This document shows positions 57,865 through 64,000 of a DNA stretch of 64,000 bases, piece after piece. The position numbers and the translations under genes are program-made. How positions within the stretch are numbered: the first letter of the stretch is position 1; the number at the start of each line of letters is the position of its first letter. Under the pieces are notes generated by a model. That model saw nothing but the letters and a program-made list of their open reading frames with translations. It did not search any database and was not told where the DNA came from. This DNA is from a virus. The DNA lies in the IMG/VR virus record IMGVR_UViG_3300046002_001774, positions 7,432-71,431 of that record. The stretch is one strand, 5' to 3'.

Positions 57865-58782
57865 TTATGTTGATGCCAATTTAGTGTTTTCTTCTAATCC
57901 TGCATTTATTGCATCGTATGAAGACATTGGTTTAGTTTCGTTTTTAACAAACTGTGGAATTACTTTTTTCACATACTGATAATTTCTATAATCAGAATCA
58001 GATGGTGATGTATGTAAATCTAAAATCTTCCTTAATCCACGTCTTGTATCTGGAGAAAAGTTTTGAAATCTTTCATCATCTGGAACAACTTTTTGCTGTT
58101 CCATAAAATCAGTGAGTGTTTCTGGAGTGAATCGTTGTCCGTATAAATAAAACGCTTCTCTTTGAATTCGTCCCAATTGATTTGCCAACTCAGATGGTCT
58201 ATCCATGTGTGTTGGGCCTTTTTTTACATTTTCTCCTATTGCTGAATGATGCCCAACTTCATGTTCAAGCGTTCCAATAAAATTACTTACGGGATTTTCA
58301 ATTGAGTTTTCTAAATCTTGTTTTTTGTAATAATTTGCATACAAAAATTTATTAAAATTCTTTATATCTTCTGGATTAGATGATTTTTCTAAATCAAGAA
58401 TTTCTTTGTTTAAAAATGCCATTGTATATGGATCTACAATTTCAACATCTTTATTTTTGTTGCTATATGATGATTCGCGATAATTGGATGAAGAAACTGG
58501 AATTTTTTCTCCAATTTTATCATAATCCATTTTTATGCTTAAATTATTTTCTAAAGAAGACGTTTTTGCTTTTTCAATTTCAGATTTTAATGTTTCTTCT
58601 CCACCATAATACGGAGCAATCATCTCACTTAAAGAAACATTTTGTTTTATATCGCCTCCCATTAACAAATCAGAATATGGTCTTGGAAATTCTGTATTTT
58701 TAGCAAGATTAGCATCACCCAACGCTTGTGGCGTTTTCTTTTCTGTCACCCAATTTCCTTTTATTGCATTAGCTCCACCCAT
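57865..58782 (-). CDS. Tagged cassette protein 3, zincin-like metallopeptidase core (MGGAN...KPMSSYDAINAGLEE)
   Basis: Start placed at MGGAN, 1 nt after the portal stop; LEHEVGHH plus downstream PSE glutamate. Confidence 0.72.
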   Translation of the reverse strand: MGGANAIKGNWVTEKKTPQALGDANLAKNTEFPRPYSDLLMGGDIKQNVSLSEMIAPYYGGEETLKSEIEKAKTSSLENNLSIKMDYDKIGEKIPVSSSNYRESSYSNKNKDVEIVDPYTMAFLNKEILDLEKSSNPEDIKNFNKFLYANYYKKQDLENSIENPVSNFIGTLEHEVGHHSAIGENVKKGPTHMDRPSELANQLGRIQREAFYLYGQRFTPETLTDFMEQQKVVPDDERFQNFSPDTRRGLRKILDLHTSPSDSDYRNYQYVKKVIPQFVKNETKPMSSYDAINAGLEENTKLAST

Positions 58783-58783
58783 G

Positions 58784-61195
58784 TTACGCTGCTGTTGGTG
58801 GTTTAGGTGGATTAGCAATCTCGTTAATCGCTCCCATTTGTGTTGGTGATGCTGCCTCTGTCATTTCAGCAACATTCCTAGATTGTGCTGCGGCTTGTCT
58901 TCCACCACCACCACCACGTTGCGGTGGCATTGCTGCCGCTGGTTGTAGTTCTGGAGGTGGAGGCGTGTTATGTCCTGCTGTAAGATGTGCAAACGCTTGT
59001 TTAGCCGATTGCTCGTATTTAGCAACGTCAGTTCCCTTAGCCTTAGCCTGTTGAACGTGCATCATAAAGTGACGCAACGCTTGCATGAATGGCTGAACCA
59101 TCTCAGGCGGCAATGCGCCAGCAGGAGCTTGCTCAATCAATGGCATTAGCTTCTGAGACATGACATCCAAGTGAACGATGTCATTATCCCGTGGAGAAAC
59201 AGGAATCTCTTGACCGGCAATGATAGATTGCAATTCAACAAGTTGTTGACGTGTAGCCTCAATAGCCAGCGTCTCAACTTGATCCTTTGGCAAGATAACT
59301 TGACTTGCAATGCTCTCACCCAACTTTCGCGACCAATCGAGCTTTAACAACTCGTCTTGGTTTACGTTAGGATTGCCTGTATAGCGTTGCACCATCATAT
59401 CCAACATGGCGTTGTCCTGCGCTTGAGTGTCGGGGAGTAGCTCTTCGGCAGGGCTATACGCCATGAGGAGGATGTCACTTGGGGGAAGATTGCGTTCCAT
59501 CATGTTAAGGCAGCAATTGATTGCTTCCTCATCAAGATGTTCTGGAATTTCAAAAGGAACTAGGAATGATGGAAGATCCATCACAGAACGATCAAAAGCA
59601 TCTACAACTTCACGCCTAGCCCAAACTGCATTAGGAACCATTTGCCTAGCAATATCAAGTCGTGTCTTTAGTTCAGCGGCAGACTTAACGTGTTCTGGAT
59701 GGCAGATACCACGTTGCATACGTTCAACGCATTTGGAGTATTGTTTTGTCCAACGCATCAAGATTCCTTCGCGGAGTTGGTTTTCGATAGCTGCAACACG
59801 ATTAACTTCGGATGCAGTTGCGCGACCTTGCTTTTCACCAATAGCTTGACCGGGCAAGAACGTGCCAACTTGAATTTCAGCTAGTCCACTAATAAACTGA
59901 TCTAGGCGAAGGAAATCATCAACGTCAGCAGGAAGACTTTGTGGAATAACTTCATATCCTTCAGCGATATAACAAATAGGGTGATGAACTGTTAGGGGTG
60001 CTGCTCCAGTTTTAGCATTCGGCCCTTTCTTTAGCAACAACATTCCCTTGAGATATACATTATCAACAACAAGGTTACGAGCTTTATCAACAGCGATATG
60101 CGTGTTGTAAAGATCACGCCCAGCACCACGGGAACCCATAAGATTTCCGTTGCCAATTTCAATAGCAAACAACGACAAGCATTCGCTCATTTTGTTGTAG
60201 CGATCAATCTGTGTACAAATCTCGTCACCACTCTTATCATCAAATACGAATCGGCTAATCTTGCCATGCGGCTCACGAATAAGCAACTCACCTAGCTCAA
60301 CATATTTAGCGTCATTTTCATAACTTGCGCCATAACTTCCTTCACGAATCCAGTCTTCGTAACGCCGTGCGTCATCATCAGAATCAAGCGTTCTTCCAGC
60401 TGGAGTAGCATTATTAATAGACTTAACTAGATTTTTAATGTGCCAACCAGCCATTGCAGACATAACTGGGTCTTCCAAGATAGGAAGCAATTCAGCAATT
60501 TGATATCTGCGTTTTCTTGCCCAGATTGGTGTTCCTTCAACTTCCTGTGGAGTCTCAATAGAAAAGAAAGTGTAATCTTGTCTTAGGAACTCTGGTTTCC
60601 AATCACGAAGATCATCCCAACAAACGCCACAAAAGCCAAAAGTGGTGTTTTCATGTACAATTTGCGACAATAAATCATCATGTCCAGACCATCCGCGAAT
60701 TGTTTTAGTAATCTCCTCACGGAATACTTCAGTTTTATTTTCAGCGTCTACTCCTTCTACTGGATATTTTGAGAAAGTGAGACTTGCAGCCTGTTCGATG
60801 ACTTGCCTAAAAGGAGGTTGAATTCGGCTAACCATCGTGGAAAGAAAACCAGTAGGGCGATTAGACCGCCAATTTTGACCCATACTTTCCAGTTTTTTAG
60901 CACTATATGGAGGCTCATTATTTAATTTTTTCTGAATGAGTTGGTTCTTTTTGTTCCGCTCGATATTCTGCTGTTTAAGCCTGCGATATGCAGAGTACGC
61001 TTGAGCGGCATCCTTGAAAGTCCGCTTAACTTGCAAAGTATCTTTATTAACAGTATCGGAATTATTGCCAGCAGTAGGATCAACAATATCAAGATCGAGG
61101 ATACGAGGTTTATCGTGTGAATTAGTAATCCTTGGAGATTTATTCGCATAACTATCAGTAACGAATGCGGGAAGCGGTTTAAGAACGTCTGCCAT
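58784..61195 (-). CDS. Portal protein
   Basis: 803 aa; RATASEV motif (T7/P22-like TATEV); Q/P-rich tail; follows TerL. Confidence 0.82.
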   Translation of the reverse strand: MADVLKPLPAFVTDSYANKSPRITNSHDKPRILDLDIVDPTAGNNSDTVNKDTLQVKRTFKDAAQAYSAYRRLKQQNIERNKKNQLIQKKLNNEPPYSAKKLESMGQNWRSNRPTGFLSTMVSRIQPPFRQVIEQAASLTFSKYPVEGVDAENKTEVFREEITKTIRGWSGHDDLLSQIVHENTTFGFCGVCWDDLRDWKPEFLRQDYTFFSIETPQEVEGTPIWARKRRYQIAELLPILEDPVMSAMAGWHIKNLVKSINNATPAGRTLDSDDDARRYEDWIREGSYGASYENDAKYVELGELLIREPHGKISRFVFDDKSGDEICTQIDRYNKMSECLSLFAIEIGNGNLMGSRGAGRDLYNTHIAVDKARNLVVDNVYLKGMLLLKKGPNAKTGAAPLTVHHPICYIAEGYEVIPQSLPADVDDFLRLDQFISGLAEIQVGTFLPGQAIGEKQGRATASEVNRVAAIENQLREGILMRWTKQYSKCVERMQRGICHPEHVKSAAELKTRLDIARQMVPNAVWARREVVDAFDRSVMDLPSFLVPFEIPEHLDEEAINCCLNMMERNLPPSDILLMAYSPAEELLPDTQAQDNAMLDMMVQRYTGNPNVNQDELLKLDWSRKLGESIASQVILPKDQVETLAIEATRQQLVELQSIIAGQEIPVSPRDNDIVHLDVMSQKLMPLIEQAPAGALPPEMVQPFMQALRHFMMHVQQAKAKGTDVAKYEQSAKQAFAHLTAGHNTPPPPELQPAAAMPPQRGGGGGRQAAAQSRNVAEMTEAASPTQMGAINEIANPPKPPTAA

Positions 61196-61198
61196 AAT

Positions 61199-61780
61199 TT
61201 ATTTTATATTCATCCAGCAATTATCTGGAGTGGAGGTTGCTTGAGAAAGTTTATTCTTGTCAAAGAAAATTGCACTACGGTTGTCATGTCGCATGATGTT
61301 ACATCCTCCTAATTTAGTTGACGATTTGGTATCTCTACCATTGCGAACACTTGCGCTGATTCTATCTGCTGCGGAAATGCAAGATGAACATCCGCCTCGC
61401 CAATTTTTATTGTGTTGACAACCTTTGCAAATTTTTGCTCGTTCCTCTGCAAGTTCATTCGACACTAGATTGTTTACAGTTTTGGAATTAAGTAGGTTTC
61501 GTGCCCAAGTTGTAATGTCATTCAACAATGATTGCTGTGCAGAATCAGGATGAACGCTTGTTACCACAACCATGTCAACTCCATGACAAAAATTAGGCCA
61601 GTTAGAACAAATGTAGCTATTAATGTCACCTTCAACGTCACCAACAGGCAAATGATTTTCTGCGCGATAATCTTCGACAACTTTAAGAAGTCCTTCATAC
61701 GAATGTGCTGTCAACTTTGCGTCTGAATCAAAGTAGTGCCAACCGCCGGGCGGTATCATTCCAAGAATAACTTTTGCCAT
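61199..61780 (-). CDS. Cys-rich conserved protein between TerL and portal
   Basis: PPGGWHY start; ERAKICKGC...CSSC...GC...CW. Confidence 0.65.
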   Translation of the reverse strand: MAKVILGMIPPGGWHYFDSDAKLTAHSYEGLLKVVEDYRAENHLPVGDVEGDINSYICSNWPNFCHGVDMVVVTSVHPDSAQQSLLNDITTWARNLLNSKTVNNLVSNELAEERAKICKGCQHNKNWRGGCSSCISAADRISASVRNGRDTKSSTKLGGCNIMRHDNRSAIFFDKNKLSQATSTPDNCWMNIK

Positions 61781-61846
61781 GAGTTCGATTCTAATATGTT
61801 ATAATTTCTATATTTGCAAGCGTTTTTTGCAGTTTTTATGCAAAAA

Positions 61847-63727
61847 TCACTCAGAAAAGTCAATATATTCAATATTATCGACAATACTTTTCATTCCGCG
61901 ATCCATTAACAATGGGAGTTTTTTCTTGTCATCAACCATTGTTGCGATAGCTCCACCACGTTGACGCATCAAAAATACTAACAATGACAACGAATCCAAA
62001 GCATCTGGAGAATTTTGCCTAGTGCGTTTAACATAATCTTTTTTACTTTCCACGCGAACCATGCCTTTACCCTTTTGCATATAGCGTCTTCCAGTAGCTT
62101 GACGTACCAACGCATCGTTACGGAACCCCGGTGATATTTTCAGATACTCAAACTCTAAATACTTTGCCACTCCAAAAAGAAGCTCGGTGACAACCCCATT
62201 ATAAAGCTCACTGGCTTTCTGCGAGTCGTCACCAAGAATGTGTGTTTCCGTTGCAGCCCATGAATAATTTACACCCATGACTTCACTTCCAAATAATGTT
62301 TTTAAAGAATCATGGATTCCTGCGCCGTTACCAGTTCGATCAACGCATAGCCAGTTCGGAGCAATCCTCATGTTCTTGCAAAACTTGATTATGTTATACG
62401 TTTGCTCTAGTGTAGCTGCTTTCGGGAACGTAATCTGCGAATCCATTTGCAATACTGTCCGTGGGGTCTTGAATTCAATAAATTGTCCGCTCATTGGTGT
62501 CCATCCATCAGAAAGCCCAAATCGACCGAAAGAACAAATAACTTGGTCGTTACCCTCCAATGCCAAATCGAACGCTGCAAGAGGCACTACAGGGCCAATA
62601 AACCGCACGTTACCCATTGCGTTATCCATCATGCTAGGGGTAATGATTGCCATAGAAATACCTTCCTGTGGGAACCATCCGCGAGCCATCGTAAAATATT
62701 CAGCAGTGCGTCCCTTTGCCTCGTATGCCGTGTAACCTTCGTTTGTCTGTAAACCAGCAAAGATAATCTTACGCTCAATGACGTTCTCGCACCTTGCAGC
62801 GTCTAGCCGCAAAACGTGCCAGTCATCCCGTGACTTCCATTCAAAATCATCTTCGCAGTCAACACTCCCCCAGCCTCTGGCTGGTTCGCATCTTTTTCCA
62901 AATTCACTTGTCCTATCTTTTGGGTTACTCGCTCCGAAAATTTTAATTCGGCCCTTTGCGCCTTCCGTATCCGCAGCAGACAAAATGTTCTGTAAACCTT
63001 CCCACACGCCAGCAGGAACTTCTTCAGCTTCGTCCAGCACAACATGAGTCCGCGACATCTTACCCCAAATTGGGTGTGGTTTTCCTGATCGTGGACTTGG
63101 GTGGAATCCACGGAGCGTTCCAGTTCCACTATCGCCTTTAGGTACAGCAACCAAGTGAATTCCGTTCTTGCTATCGTTATTGGCTTGAATTGATTTCACT
63201 AGCGTCTCTGCGCCTTCAAATTCTGGCTTTACCAATGCAGTTGTATAGAATTTCTTAATAGCTGCAAACACGTTACGTTGAGCGTGTTCTGCTGTTAATG
63301 ACACAACTTTAATACAGGTGTAGTGCGGATCTCGCATCCAATCCAACAAAAACCACGCAGCAGCACCGAACGTCTTACCCATCGCACCAGCACCTTGAAT
63401 CAACACTTTGTCGTAATCAAACAAACATCTCCATGTGTCTTTACTCGATTGTGGCCTCCAGTCATACACATTCTGACCCCACAAGATAGTTGCTGCTGCC
63501 TCAAACTGGTTGTGATCCAACAAGTGCTGAACAAACTCCAGCACAACCCTCTTTGCAAATGGCAAGTCCAACAAGAACTTTTTCCCAGTCGCATGACTCA
63601 TGTTCTCCAAGATATACTTCGCCGCAAGCGAAATGCCCACGTTCTCATCGTCGTTACTATCGACAATGGCGCGAATATGCTCCGCACGTTTTAATGCGCG
63701 TAAAACTTGGACGTTATCTTCTTTCAT
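61847..63727 (-). CDS. terL: Terminase large subunit (TerL-B), complete
   Basis: QGAGAMGKT, VVLDEAEE, GASNP; nuclease FDLALEGND, VDRTGNG, SPDALDS. Confidence 0.92.
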   Translation of the reverse strand: MKEDNVQVLRALKRAEHIRAIVDSNDDENVGISLAAKYILENMSHATGKKFLLDLPFAKRVVLEFVQHLLDHNQFEAAATILWGQNVYDWRPQSSKDTWRCLFDYDKVLIQGAGAMGKTFGAAAWFLLDWMRDPHYTCIKVVSLTAEHAQRNVFAAIKKFYTTALVKPEFEGAETLVKSIQANNDSKNGIHLVAVPKGDSGTGTLRGFHPSPRSGKPHPIWGKMSRTHVVLDEAEEVPAGVWEGLQNILSAADTEGAKGRIKIFGASNPKDRTSEFGKRCEPARGWGSVDCEDDFEWKSRDDWHVLRLDAARCENVIERKIIFAGLQTNEGYTAYEAKGRTAEYFTMARGWFPQEGISMAIITPSMMDNAMGNVRFIGPVVPLAAFDLALEGNDQVICSFGRFGLSDGWTPMSGQFIEFKTPRTVLQMDSQITFPKAATLEQTYNIIKFCKNMRIAPNWLCVDRTGNGAGIHDSLKTLFGSEVMGVNYSWAATETHILGDDSQKASELYNGVVTELLFGVAKYLEFEYLKISPGFRNDALVRQATGRRYMQKGKGMVRVESKKDYVKRTRQNSPDALDSLSLLVFLMRQRGGAIATMVDDKKKLPLLMDRGMKSIVDNIEYIDFSE

Positions 63728-63936
63728 TAACGGTTCAAAGCAATTAAAATATTTTTACTTTTATTTTGCTTTTCTTTAATACATAACAAGCAATCGTGTG
63801 GGCTTGAACCTTTTCTGTTAATATTATGATATTTGTAATGAATTTTATACATCGTTGTATATTTATAATTATCTTCAAATAATCCACAACCGCAAAAGAT
63901 AACGCATATTGCAAAACATAAAATTATTGTTTTCAA
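63727..63936 (-). CDS. Small lipoprotein-like protein
   Basis: Signal-like N-terminus ending FCGC; stop coupled to the TerL-B start. Confidence 0.45.
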   Translation of the reverse strand: MKTIILCFAICVIFCGCGLFEDNYKYTTMYKIHYKYHNINRKGSSPHDCLLCIKEKQNKSKNILIALNR

Positions 63937-64000
63937 AGCAAGTCAGGAAGATTTCTTTCTCTGCGTCTCTCCCAAATCCAAGCTTTAACCACTTCAAGAG

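Overview
This window is most of the genome of a tailed dsDNA phage with a podovirus-type (P22/T7-like) virion plan. Essentially all real genes are on the minus strand. Reading in transcription order (high to low coordinates): terminase large subunit, portal, an array of short tagged proteins, scaffold, two glycosyltransferases, an ~830-bp structured non-coding region, major capsid protein, many fibre/adaptor and collagen-like proteins, lysis genes, two tailspikes, a lipase, head-tail adaptor, tail nozzle, ejection proteins including a 3018-aa polyvalent protein, early genes, ERF/exonuclease recombination, lambda-O-like initiator with DnaB, SSB, RusA-like region, terminase small subunit, sugar/nucleotide enzymes, and a second, diverged terminase large subunit that runs off the left edge. 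No integrase, DNA polymerase, tRNA or CRISPR array was seen. A-rich leaders without Shine-Dalgarno motifs and autotransporter-associated beta-strand repeats suggest a Verrucomicrobia-like host (inference). Most interesting signal: a cassette array between portal and scaffold whose otherwise unrelated proteins share an N-terminal MGGAN tag (like the MGG starts of the ejection proteins) and a C-terminal tag matching the scaffold C-terminus, a candidate capsid cargo-loading and delivery system. Also notable: two TerL paralogues, a large structured ncRNA candidate, two kissing-loop attenuators, a RusA split over two overlapping frames, and swappable tailspike cassettes. All family calls come from motifs recognised by eye; no searches were run.
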